Below, one piece after another: positions 8,821-17,817 of a DNA stretch of 64,000 nt. This DNA is from Candidatus Eiseniibacteriota bacterium (lineage in GTDB: Bacteria; Eisenbacteria; RBG-16-71-46): positions 64,001 through 128,000 of the forward strand of contig CAVSAC010000010.1 of the NCBI GenBank assembly GCA_963725865.1, in the 5' to 3' direction. Under the pieces are notes generated by a model. The model searched no databases. It saw only the letters and a list, made by a program, of their open reading frames with translations, and had not been told where the DNA came from. The first letter of the stretch is position 1. Every line of letters starts with the position of its first letter. The translations under genes were made by a program, and so were the position numbers.

Positions 8821-9778
8821 GGGTCAGCCGCGGGTCGGCGACCGCCAGCAGGAGATCGGCCACGAGGTTGCCGAGGATCAGCACGGTGGACGCCATCAGC
8901 ACCGAGCCCGCGACCAGGTACGGATCCTGGGCGAGCAGCGCGTCCATCGTGACCCGCCCGAGGCCCGGCCACGCGAAGATCACCTCGGCCACGAACGAGC
9001 CCGACACCAGCGAGCCGAGCGTGTATCCGAACAGCGTGATCATTGGGTTGAGCGCGTTGCGCAGCGCGTGGCGGCCGATCACGGCGCGCTCGCTGAGCCC
9101 CTTCGCGCGCGCCACGGTGACGTAGTCGAGGCGCAGCACGTCGAGCAGGCTCGAGCGCATCTGGCGCATGCGACCCGCGAGCGGCACCAGCCCCACCACC
9201 AGCGCCGGGAGCACCAGGCGGTGGAGCACGTCGAGCGTGCGGGCGAGCGGCCCCATCTGGTCCCAGCCCACCGCGTGCATGCCGCCGGCCGGGAACCAGC
9301 CCGTCCGCACCGCCAGCAGCAGCAGGAGCAGTCCCGACAGCACCTCGGGGATCGACAGCCCGAGCGTGGCGAACACCGTCAGGCCGCGATCGACGGCGTG
9401 GCCCTGGCGCACGGCGGCCAGCACGCCCAGCGGGATCGCGAGGCCCCACGTCACCAGCGCCGCCGCGACCGACAGCAGCAGCGTGTTGCCGAGCGCCGCC
9501 CACAGCACGGTGAACACCGGCTGGTGGCGCGAGAACGACTCGCCCAGGTCGAGGTGCGCGAGGTTGCGCAGGTAGAGCAGGTACTGCATCCACCACGGCT
9601 GGTCGAGGCCGAAGCGGTGGCGCAGCGCGGCGATGCTCTCGGGCGAGTTCGTCGGATCGAGCGCGAACGCGCTCATCAGGTCGCCTGGCGCCAGCTGCAG
9701 CAGCAGGAACGTCAGCGCCGAGACGCCGAGCAGCAGGGGCACCGCCTGGAGCACGCGTCTCAGCACGTACGTGGGCAT
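8813..9778 (-). CDS. oppB: peptide ABC transporter permease (OppB/DppB)
   Basis: MPTYVLRRVLQ...FGLDQP...DLGES; DYVTVARAKGL; HALRNA. Confidence 0.93.
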   Translation of the reverse strand: MPTYVLRRVLQAVPLLLGVSALTFLLLQLAPGDLMSAFALDPTNSPESIAALRHRFGLDQPWWMQYLLYLRNLAHLDLGESFSRHQPVFTVLWAALGNTLLLSVAAALVTWGLAIPLGVLAAVRQGHAVDRGLTVFATLGLSIPEVLSGLLLLLLAVRTGWFPAGGMHAVGWDQMGPLARTLDVLHRLVLPALVVGLVPLAGRMRQMRSSLLDVLRLDYVTVARAKGLSERAVIGRHALRNALNPMITLFGYTLGSLVSGSFVAEVIFAWPGLGRVTMDALLAQDPYLVAGSVLMASTVLILGNLVADLLLAVADPRLTHV

Positions 9779-9792
9779 GCGGCGGACCCCGC

Positions 9793-11640
9793 CTACCTCC
9801 GGGCTCCGGCCGGGCGCGCGAAGACCTCCGCGATGTTCCACAGCACCCGATGGGGGATCACGGTCGGCTGGATGTTCGCGAAACCGTCCCGCACCGGGAC
9901 CTTGAGCTTCTGCGCCGGCAGCCAGATCAGGAAGCACTCGTCGTTGATGATCCGCTCCACCTCGTGCCACGTGCGCCGCCGCACCTCGAGGTCGAGCGTC
10001 GAGACATTGAGCGCCATCAGCGAGTCCATCCGCGCCTCGGCCGGCGTCTCCGGCGCGGCCTGACGCGGGTTCCAGTAGTGGAGCTGGCCGCTGGAGCGGA
10101 ACACGTTCTGCGCCATCCCCGGATCCGGCGGCACGCCGCTGCCGAGCCCCAGCAGCGCGGCCTCGTACTGATGGTCGTCCTGGATGTTGGCGGCGAGCAC
10201 GCTCATCGCGACGCCCTCCGGGGTCGCCCGGATGCCGACCTGCGCGAGGTCGTCCCGCACCAGCGCGCACATCGCCATCCGGACGTTGTTGTCGCCGTTG
10301 GTGCGCAGCGTGAACTCCACCGGCTTGCCGCCGGCGTCCTCCAGCACGCCGTCGCCGTTGCGGTCGCGCAATCCCATCTCGGCCAGCAGCCGGCGCGCGC
10401 CCGCGGGATCGTAGTCGGGGCCGCGGAGCGAGGGGTCGTACCAGTGCTTGTTCCCCGGCGTGATCTGGCTCCAGCTCGGCACCGCCTCGCCGTGATAGGC
10501 GCCCCGGATGATGGCGCCCCGGTCGATCGCCATCGAGACCGCGCGACGGAATCGCGGATCGGCGAACAACCGGTACTTGGCCGGGTCGACGCACGGCTGG
10601 CCGAGCACCGTGCCCGCGGGCACCTTTCCCGCCGGATCGGCGTGCACGCGCGCCAGGTTGAACCACAGGCATGCGGAGGTCAGCGACGGACCCAGATCGT
10701 AGAGCGTGTAGTGGCCCTTCGCCTGGCCGTCGGCGTAGCTCTTGTAGTCCTCCGGCTTCACGTTCTCGAGCGCGTCCAGCTCGCCGGCCTGGAACTTGGC
10801 GGCCGCGACGGTCTGGTCCGGTACGACCAGCATCATCACCTCGTCGAGATACGGCAGCCGCCCGCCGCGCTGGTCGACCTGGAACCAGTAGGGATTGCGC
10901 TCCAGCGTCGTGCGCTCGTCCTGCACGAAACGGCGCAGCCGCCACGCGCCGCTGGTCACCAGGCTCTCGGGCGGCGTGGTCGTGCGGTACATCTGCGCGA
11001 AGCGGCCGGCGCGGTAGGCGGGCTCGAGGATGTGGCGCGGCATGATCCGGAGCGCTCCCACCGCCGGCACCATGAGCGCGTACGGCCGCGGGGAGCGCAC
11101 GATCACCGTGAGCGAATCCGGTGCCGTGACCTCGAGCGGCTGGCCGTCCACCTTCAGCAGCTCCTGCAGCGACGGGTGCAGGGTGGTGTCGTAGACCAGC
11201 TCGAACATGAACAGCACGTCCGCCGCGGTGAGCGGGTGGCCGTCGGAGAAGCACAGGCCGCGGCGCAGGTGCCACGTGTACGTGCGGCCGTCGGGGCTCA
11301 CGTCCCAGGACTTCGCGAGCAGCGGGTACGATTCCTCGGACTCGTTGTCGAACTCGCTCAGCCCCGCGAACAGCAGTCCGTTCACGTCGCGCGACGGGCT
11401 GTCGTTGGCGAGCAGCGCGTTGAAACTCTTGGGACTCGCCGTCTGCCCGAGGACGAAGCGTCCGCCGTGGACACCGACCTGGCGCATCGGCACCGTCATC
11501 GTGTCGGGCGGCAGCGGGAGCGAGTCCCGGTACCCGGTGTCCCGCAGGGTCTGCTGTCCGGAGCAGCCGGCGAGCCCGCCGAGCGTGGCCGCCAACAGCA
11601 GTGCGGCCAGGATCCGAAGGGGTGTCGAGTCCGATCGCAT
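9793..11640 (-). CDS. oppA: peptide ABC transporter substrate-binding lipoprotein (SBP family 5)
   Basis: Lipobox LAGC; PLLAKSWDVSPDGRTYTWHLRRGLCFSDGHPLTAADV; GGAG RBS. Confidence 0.92.
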   Translation of the reverse strand: MRSDSTPLRILAALLLAATLGGLAGCSGQQTLRDTGYRDSLPLPPDTMTVPMRQVGVHGGRFVLGQTASPKSFNALLANDSPSRDVNGLLFAGLSEFDNESEESYPLLAKSWDVSPDGRTYTWHLRRGLCFSDGHPLTAADVLFMFELVYDTTLHPSLQELLKVDGQPLEVTAPDSLTVIVRSPRPYALMVPAVGALRIMPRHILEPAYRAGRFAQMYRTTTPPESLVTSGAWRLRRFVQDERTTLERNPYWFQVDQRGGRLPYLDEVMMLVVPDQTVAAAKFQAGELDALENVKPEDYKSYADGQAKGHYTLYDLGPSLTSACLWFNLARVHADPAGKVPAGTVLGQPCVDPAKYRLFADPRFRRAVSMAIDRGAIIRGAYHGEAVPSWSQITPGNKHWYDPSLRGPDYDPAGARRLLAEMGLRDRNGDGVLEDAGGKPVEFTLRTNGDNNVRMAMCALVRDDLAQVGIRATPEGVAMSVLAANIQDDHQYEAALLGLGSGVPPDPGMAQNVFRSSGQLHYWNPRQAAPETPAEARMDSLMALNVSTLDLEVRRRTWHEVERIINDECFLIWLPAQKLKVPVRDGFANIQPTVIPHRVLWNIAEVFARPAGARR

Positions 11641-11686
11641 GTATGCGGTTCTCCGATGGGCGCTGCGGAGGAGCGCGAGACGGGGC

Positions 11687-11714
11687 AGTATAGGCTGATG
11701 CATCAGGCGGTCAA
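11687..11714 (-). promoter_or_regulatory. sigma70-type promoter of the opp operon
   Basis: TTGACC-N16-TATACT on the minus strand, about 47 nt upstream of the oppA ATG. Confidence 0.55.
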
Positions 11715-12491
11715 CCACTCGAGTGCCTCCGGACCGCTCACGAGTCGCGCGCCCGGCGGGCACTCCGCGAGCAGCGCCTTTGCCCAGTCGGCCCGCGTCG
11801 TTCCGGGCCCCAGGTACGTCCCGGCCGGCGCGGTCGCGCGCGCCAGGACGGCGCGCTCCCGGGAGCGGCGCTCGTCCGGGATCGCCAGGTAGTCGACCAG
11901 CCGCAGGTGCCCCGCGCCGAGCAGCACGCTCCCCTGTTGCAGCAGCGCGCGCGCGAGCCGGCGCTGCGCGCTCCCGACCAGCTTGCGGCCGCCCAGCTCC
12001 ACCTCGTGGCGGGCGGTCGAAGCGAAGCAGGGCGCCGCTGGCCCGTGGGGCCCGCGCGGCGCCAGGTCGCTCGCGCGCGCGCCCGCCGGCACCAGCTCCG
12101 CCGGCACTCCGAGCCGCCGCAGCGAAGCCGCGATCAGCCGGGACGCGCGGGCATAGGCGCGATCGAGCGTCCCGCCCCACTCGGGATCCTCGAGCGCGGC
12201 GGCGAGCGAGTACGTCCACTCGTCGGCGTGGAAGATCGCGCGGCCGCCGGTCGGTCGCACCGCCCAACGGATGCCGTCCCGCGCGCAGCGCGCCAGATCG
12301 AGCTCGCGGGCGGGGTCCTGCGCGTGTCCGAGCGTGATGCCCGGCGGGTCGAACGCGAACACACGCAGCACCGCCTCGTTCCCGGGTGCCCGCCCGGCCT
12401 CGAAGGTCGCGAGCAGCGCCGCGTCGCGCGCCATCGCGGCGGGGGCGTCGTGCGCGTCGTCGAGCCACACGATCACGGGCGCGGCTCCCAC
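11703..12491 (-). CDS. lipoate-protein ligase / octanoyltransferase (LipM/LplA family, catalytic domain only)
   Basis: MARDAALL, ITLGHAQ, VRPTGGRAIFH, CF, RKLVGSAQRR, LLQQGS; last gene of the gcv run. Confidence 0.88.
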   Translation of the reverse strand: MGAAPVIVWLDDAHDAPAAMARDAALLATFEAGRAPGNEAVLRVFAFDPPGITLGHAQDPARELDLARCARDGIRWAVRPTGGRAIFHADEWTYSLAAALEDPEWGGTLDRAYARASRLIAASLRRLGVPAELVPAGARASDLAPRGPHGPAAPCFASTARHEVELGGRKLVGSAQRRLARALLQQGSVLLGAGHLRLVDYLAIPDERRSRERAVLARATAPAGTYLGPGTTRADWAKALLAECPPGARLVSGPEALEWLTA

Positions 12492-12498
12492 AGGGCCG

Positions 12499-13188
12499 TC
12501 ATCGCAGGCCCAGCCAGGTCTCGAGCAGGAACTGGAAGCGGCCGATCAGCAGCGAGACCCGCGACATCACGGTGTAGCCGTAGCTCGCGCCGAAGCCGAC
12601 CATCAGGAACGTCACCCCGACGCGAGCCGCGACGCCCAGCGCGCCGCGGTGCTCGCGGCTGAAGAAGAAGAACAGCAGCGTGGCCACCAGCCCGACCGTG
12701 AACACGATCGCGCTCAGACTGCTCGCGAGCTGGCCGGTCCACAGCGGGCGGATGCTGGCCTGCACCTGCGCCAGCAGGTCGCTCTGGGCGAAGCCAGTCG
12801 TGCGCAGCCCCGCGTAGACGCCGATCACGACGGCGAGCGAGCAGCGCGACAGCCAGCCGATGCGCGGGATCAGCCGGGTGAACAGCAGCGCGCCGAGGAT
12901 CGCCGGCAGCAGCAGCCACAGCCGGTAGTCCCCGAGCCCCGCCGCCAGCGCTCCGTGGCGGGCCGGGTCGACCCCCTCGCCCCGCAGCGCGCGCCCCAGC
13001 GGCTCGACCAGGTTGGGGACGATCACGGTCCAGTAGTTCAGCACGATGAAGTACCCGGCCGACACGCCGACGAACAGGTGCTCGACGAACCGGTACACGG
13101 GATTGTCGCGCCACAGGAATGAGAACACCGCGAGCGTCAGCAGCGCGGCCACCCACACGCCCGGGCTCGTCGCGACGTGCAGGCTCAT
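12499..13188 (-). CDS. uncharacterised multi-pass membrane protein
   Basis: About 6-7 hydrophobic segments (FSFLWRDNPVYRFVEHLFVGVSAGY...FLMVGFGASYGYTVMSRVSLLIGR); ATGA overlap with the upstream gene. Confidence 0.8.
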   Translation of the reverse strand: MSLHVATSPGVWVAALLTLAVFSFLWRDNPVYRFVEHLFVGVSAGYFIVLNYWTVIVPNLVEPLGRALRGEGVDPARHGALAAGLGDYRLWLLLPAILGALLFTRLIPRIGWLSRCSLAVVIGVYAGLRTTGFAQSDLLAQVQASIRPLWTGQLASSLSAIVFTVGLVATLLFFFFSREHRGALGVAARVGVTFLMVGFGASYGYTVMSRVSLLIGRFQFLLETWLGLR

Positions 13189-14012
13189 GCGGACTCCTTC
13201 CGCGCGGGGTCCGCCGCGAGGTTGCCCAGCAGGATGCACAGCGCCACGAACAGGTGCGCGAGCGACTGCGCGTCCATGCCGCGCGTGGCGGCCCCGCGCT
13301 CGCGGCGCAGCAGCTCGTACTCCGCGGCCCCCGCCATGCCCCCCAGCAGGCCGCGCAGCTGCCCCGACTGCAGGTAGGGGTAGAACTCGGGGGCACTGAC
13401 CGCCGTCACCCCCGCGACCATCGGCAGGTGGAAGCGGGTCTGGACCTGTTGCACCCACTCCTTCGTGCCCGGGGTCCCCTCCGAGAGGCTGACCAGCAGC
13501 GCGAACGCACCGTAGTCGCGCGCGCGCTGCATCAGCGGGAGCGTGCGCACGTCGGTGCCGCGCTGGTCGCGCGGGAACGCGCCCGCCAGCCCCTGCCCCA
13601 TCAGCACCATCACCGCCTCGTCGCCGGCCTTGTACCCGAGATCCACCCAGTCCTCGCCGTAGCGCTTGCCCGGGAACTCGCGCGCGGTCTCGCGGAGCAC
13701 GCTGTCGACCAGCGCGGGGCCGCCGTTCCAGAGCACCGTGACCACCACCCGGCAGTCGCGCGCCATCAGGTGCCGGAACGTGGTGCGCGTCATCGGTACC
13801 AGCTCCGGACTGCCACTGGGGTCGTAGTCGCACGCCAGCAGCACGAGCGAGCCGGGCGGCAGCGCCTCGAGCGCGCGCGCGTAGCGCTCCACCGGCGGGC
13901 TGACGGTCAGCGGCAGGCGCAGCGGAAACCGCATCGGCACCAGCACCAGCACCGCCAGCGCCGCGAACAGCCACCGCCGATCGAGGCCCCCCAACCGCTC
14001 GCGCAGGGTCAT
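13185..14012 (-). CDS. uncharacterised membrane-anchored alpha/beta protein
   Basis: N- and C-terminal TM helices flank a soluble domain (DYDPSGSPEL..., YPYLQSGQLRGLLGGMAGAAEYE). Confidence 0.8.
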   Translation of the reverse strand: MTLRERLGGLDRRWLFAALAVLVLVPMRFPLRLPLTVSPPVERYARALEALPPGSLVLLACDYDPSGSPELVPMTRTTFRHLMARDCRVVVTVLWNGGPALVDSVLRETAREFPGKRYGEDWVDLGYKAGDEAVMVLMGQGLAGAFPRDQRGTDVRTLPLMQRARDYGAFALLVSLSEGTPGTKEWVQQVQTRFHLPMVAGVTAVSAPEFYPYLQSGQLRGLLGGMAGAAEYELLRRERGAATRGMDAQSLAHLFVALCILLGNLAADPARKESA

Positions 14013-14015
14013 CGC

Positions 14016-14690
14016 TCAGTCCCCGCGCCCGAGGGCGGCACGCTCGAGGCCCAGGACGAGGCGCAGGCCGGTCGCCATGACGCCCATCGCGGCGCCGATC
14101 AGGATCGCGCGCTTCGCCGCGTTCTGGGGCACGTCCATGATCCACTCCTGCATCGTCAGCGGCTGGAGCGCGTGCGCGAGCCCGGCCGGCAGGTGCTCCA
14201 GCAGCGGCCGCGCCAGCACGTTCGTGAGCGGCACGCGCCCCAGCAGCACCAGCAGTGCCGCGGCGGCCAGCAGGGCGGTCTCCCAGGTGCGGATCCGGAA
14301 CGCGCGATAGGCCGCCGAGGCGATGAAGAACGCCAGCAGCGCGAACAGGGTGGCGGCCATCGGCGAGTAGAGCTGGTCGTAGAGCCAGCGCGAGCGCGTC
14401 CCGGGCGCGAGGAACCCGGGGCCCTCGATCAGCCCCACCACCACGGTGCCGACCAGCGAACCCACCAGCACCAGCTTGTACGGCCAGCCCTCCGCCCGCT
14501 GCGCGATCGCGCCCAGATGGACCCGCAGGAGGTGCGCCCCGCCGAGCACGTAGCCGCACGCCACCACGATCACCGCGCAGGCCTGCAGGAAGTCCGCGGG
14601 CACGCTCACGACCTGATGGGGCACGAAGTACGACAGGATCATGAACAGCCCGATGACCGCCGTCAGGACGAGGGGCAGCTGGCGTCGCAC
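14016..14690 (-). CDS. uncharacterised multi-pass membrane protein
   Basis: About 6 TM segments; ATLFALLAFFIASAAYRAFR, AAKRAILIGAAMG. Confidence 0.8.
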   Translation of the reverse strand: MRRQLPLVLTAVIGLFMILSYFVPHQVVSVPADFLQACAVIVVACGYVLGGAHLLRVHLGAIAQRAEGWPYKLVLVGSLVGTVVVGLIEGPGFLAPGTRSRWLYDQLYSPMAATLFALLAFFIASAAYRAFRIRTWETALLAAAALLVLLGRVPLTNVLARPLLEHLPAGLAHALQPLTMQEWIMDVPQNAAKRAILIGAAMGVMATGLRLVLGLERAALGRGD

Positions 14691-14699
14691 GCGCGCTCC

Positions 14700-15941
14700 C
14701 TACGGCCGTCCGACCAGCGCGGAGAGCCAGTGCACTCCGGCGGTCTCGAGCGCGCAGCCGATCAGGACGACCGCGACGATCACCAGCTTGAACGCATCCG
14801 CGGCGATCACGCTGCCCACCAGGCGCGGGGCCCGCGTGAGGTAGGCGCCGGCCGCGAACAGCTCCTCGCCCATCAGCGTGTGATCGCACGCCGCCACGAA
14901 GAATGGCAGCTGGTGCACGCTCGCGGTCCCCGCCACCTGCAGCGCGCCACTCGCCGCTCCGGTCTCCGCGAGCAGCAGGGATTCCGCGTGGAACGCGCCC
15001 ATGTACAGCACCGCGGCCGGCCGCTCGCGCGCCACGATCCCGGTGATGGCCGCCACGAACGCGAACTGTTCGGGCGAGACGAACCGCACGCTCGCCGGGT
15101 CGTACGCCTCCGGTCGACCCGCCGCGGCGAGCCCCGCGCGCACGGCCTCCTCGGCCACCGCGTGCGGGATTGGATAGCGCACCGGCACCACCAGCTCGAC
15201 CTCACGGGCGGCCGCGCGGCGTGCCACGTCCTCGAGCACGCCGAGCCCCGCCACCGTCTGCAGGTCGTCGATGTCCCCGGTCCCGGGGATGAACAGCAGC
15301 GGGCGCCGGCGCGCGGCCGCGCGCGCGATCGCGTCCTCGATGGCGGCGATCCCGGGCAGGCGACGCAGGGGCGGCGGCTCCCCGCTCCCGGCCCGCAGCA
15401 CGAACGCCAGCACGCACACGAAGAACGCCAGCGTCACCACGAGCACCCGCACGCGGCGCGAGTCGAACCAGTCCGAGCGCGCGGTCACCGGCCCGGTCAC
15501 GCTCAGCGCGGGCGCGCGCCCTCCCGGACCGACCGCGGTGACGCGGTAGAAGTAGTCGGTGTCTCGACGCAGGGTGCGGTCCAGGGCCGCGGTGTCGCCC
15601 GCCGCGACCGAGTCCACCGCGGTCCACGGCCCACCCGGCGCCGGGCCGCGCTCGAGCACGTAGCGCGCGAGCCGGCCGGAGCCCTCGTCCGGCGATCGCC
15701 GCCACTCCAGCCGCACCGAGCGCCCCGCGTCGTCGCGGGTGTCCGACCAGTCGAGCCCGGTGGCGGGCGCCGGCGGCGGCATGGCGCCGGGCGCGCTGAT
15801 CACCGGCGCCGGGGCGGCCGGCGGGAGGTCGCGGATGATCACGATCTCCTCCCGCGCCCGCGCAGCGGCCGGCGGCAGGACCAGCAGGGCCGCCAGCGCG
15901 AGCCCGCGGGCCACGCGGGCGAGCCCGCTCGGGGCGGACAT
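14700..15941 (-). CDS. signal peptide + fibronectin type III domain + TM + DUF6754-like domain protein
   Basis: FN3 signature (VRLEWRRS...YVLER...YFYRVTAV); C-terminal LRRLPGIAAIEDAIARA...AESLLLAETG...QLPFFVAACDHTLMGEELFAAGAYL. Confidence 0.75.
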   Translation of the reverse strand: MSAPSGLARVARGLALAALLVLPPAAARAREEIVIIRDLPPAAPAPVISAPGAMPPPAPATGLDWSDTRDDAGRSVRLEWRRSPDEGSGRLARYVLERGPAPGGPWTAVDSVAAGDTAALDRTLRRDTDYFYRVTAVGPGGRAPALSVTGPVTARSDWFDSRRVRVLVVTLAFFVCVLAFVLRAGSGEPPPLRRLPGIAAIEDAIARAAARRRPLLFIPGTGDIDDLQTVAGLGVLEDVARRAAAREVELVVPVRYPIPHAVAEEAVRAGLAAAGRPEAYDPASVRFVSPEQFAFVAAITGIVARERPAAVLYMGAFHAESLLLAETGAASGALQVAGTASVHQLPFFVAACDHTLMGEELFAAGAYLTRAPRLVGSVIAADAFKLVIVAVVLIGCALETAGVHWLSALVGRP

Positions 15942-16300
15942 CAGCGGGCCTCCGGGGTCCGCGCCGGTCGCGCGGAGCGCGCCACGATCGCACGCTCCTC
16001 GATGCGCTCGATGAGCAGGCTCAGCGCGTCGCGGCGCTCGAGCAGCCGCGCGAAACGGTCGTAGTCCGGCAGCGCGAACAGCGCCTGGGCGAACGGCTGG
16101 AAGAACACCAGCGCCTGCCCGGCCAGCACCGAGAGCGGCCGCGCGGTCTCGAGCGCGAGCAACGCCGGCGCCGCGAGGTGCAGCTCCACGATCCGCCCCG
16201 CCACCCGCTCCAGCAGCGCGACGTCCTCCGCGGCCAGCGACGGAACCGAGCGTGCCGCGTGCTCCTCACCCCGCTCCGTCGCTGGTCCTCGGGTGGACAT
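15941..16300 (-). CDS. small uncharacterised protein
   Basis: GGAGG RBS; its stop overlaps the next ATG; LLALETARPLSVLAGQALVFFQPF...FARLLERRD. Confidence 0.75.
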   Translation of the reverse strand: MSTRGPATERGEEHAARSVPSLAAEDVALLERVAGRIVELHLAAPALLALETARPLSVLAGQALVFFQPFAQALFALPDYDRFARLLERRDALSLLIERIEERAIVARSARPARTPEAR

Positions 16301-16314
16301 CCGCCCTCCGGCCG

Positions 16315-17817
16315 TCAGGCTTTGGCTGCGGCCTCGCGTACCGGTTCCGCCGCGGCCGGGGTGGGCGCCGACCAGCGCAGCACCAGCTCCCGCGCGGCAC
16401 GCCCCTCGTCGAGCCGCTGCACCGGTGCCGTGTGCGGCGCGCCGTGCAGCAGGTCCGGCGACTCCACCGCCTCGCGCGCGATCTGCTCCATCGCCTCCGC
16501 GAAGTGGTCCAGCCGATCCAGCGTCTCGGTCTCCGTCGGCTCGATCATCAGCGCTTCCTCGACGATGAGCGGGAAGTACACCGTCGGCGCGTGCACGCCG
16601 AAGTCGAGCAGACGCTTCGCGACGTCGAGCGTCTTGACGCCGTGCTTCTTGAGCCCGCGCCCCGACAGCACGAACTCGTGCATGCAGTGCGCGTCGTGCG
16701 GCAGGTCGTAGGACTTCGCCAACCGCCGCATGAGGTAGTTCGCGTTCAGGATCGCCCCGCGGCTCACCTCCCGCAGGCCGGCCGGCCCGTGGGTGAGGAT
16801 GTAGGCCAGCGCCCGCACCAGGATGCCGAAGTTCCCGTTGAAGGAGTGGACGCGCCCGATCGACTGCGCGCGTTCGTGGATCAGCCGCAGCCGTCCGCCG
16901 TGCTCCTCCACCAGCGGTACCGGCAGGAACGGCTCGAGGTGCCGCGCGACTGCGACCGGCCCCGCACCCGGGCCGCCGCCACCGTGGGGCGTCGAGAACG
17001 TCTTGTGCACGTTGATGTGCATGACGTCGAATCCGAGATCACCCGGCCGCACCAGCCCGACCAGGGCGTTCAGGTTCGCGCCGTCCATGTACATCTGGAC
17101 ACCCGCCCGGTGGGCCATCTCGATCAGCTCGCGGATGTGCGACTCGAACAGCCCGACGGTGTTCGGGACCGTGATCATCATGGCGGCCACGTGATCGTCG
17201 AGCAGCTTCGCCAGCGCGTCGAGATCCACGCTCGCGTCCGCGCGCGAGGGCACCGTCACGGCCTGCCAGCCCACCAGGTTGACGCTCGCCGGGTTGGTGC
17301 CGTGCGCCGAATCCGGCACCAGCACCTTGGTCCGCTTCTCGCCCTCGCCGCGCGAGCGGTGATACGCGCGGATCAGCATCAATCCGGTCATCTCGCCCTG
17401 CGCGCCGGCCGCCGGCTGCGTGGTCACGGCGCTGAATCCGGTGACCGCGGCCAGCACCCGCTGCAGCTCGAGGATCACGCGCAGCGCACCCTGATTCGCG
17501 TCGTCGCTCGCCAGCGGATGCGCGAGCGCGAAGCCCGGCAGCACGGCGAGCTCGTCGTTGATCTTCGGATTGTGCTTCATCGTGCACGAGCCGAGCGGAT
17601 ACAGCCCCTTGTCGATGTGATGGTTCATCGAGGACAGCTCGATGAAGTGGCGCACCACCTCGGGCTCGGTCACCTGCGGGAACGCCAGCGAGCCGCGCAG
17701 GGGCGCGCCGGGCAGCAGCTCGGCGAGCGGCCGCGTCGGGACGTCGCAGGCGGGCAGCGCGGGGCCGCGATGGCCCTGGCCGCCCTGCTCGATCAACAGC
17801 CGGCCCTGGAGGTTCAT
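16315..17817 (-). CDS. gcvPB: glycine dehydrogenase subunit 2
   Basis: YPLGSCTMKHNP, PDSAHGTNPAS, PLP lysine NVHKTFSTPHGGGGPG, IEPTETE. Confidence 0.97.
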   Translation of the reverse strand: MNLQGRLLIEQGGQGHRGPALPACDVPTRPLAELLPGAPLRGSLAFPQVTEPEVVRHFIELSSMNHHIDKGLYPLGSCTMKHNPKINDELAVLPGFALAHPLASDDANQGALRVILELQRVLAAVTGFSAVTTQPAAGAQGEMTGLMLIRAYHRSRGEGEKRTKVLVPDSAHGTNPASVNLVGWQAVTVPSRADASVDLDALAKLLDDHVAAMMITVPNTVGLFESHIRELIEMAHRAGVQMYMDGANLNALVGLVRPGDLGFDVMHINVHKTFSTPHGGGGPGAGPVAVARHLEPFLPVPLVEEHGGRLRLIHERAQSIGRVHSFNGNFGILVRALAYILTHGPAGLREVSRGAILNANYLMRRLAKSYDLPHDAHCMHEFVLSGRGLKKHGVKTLDVAKRLLDFGVHAPTVYFPLIVEEALMIEPTETETLDRLDHFAEAMEQIAREAVESPDLLHGAPHTAPVQRLDEGRAARELVLRWSAPTPAAAEPVREAAAKA

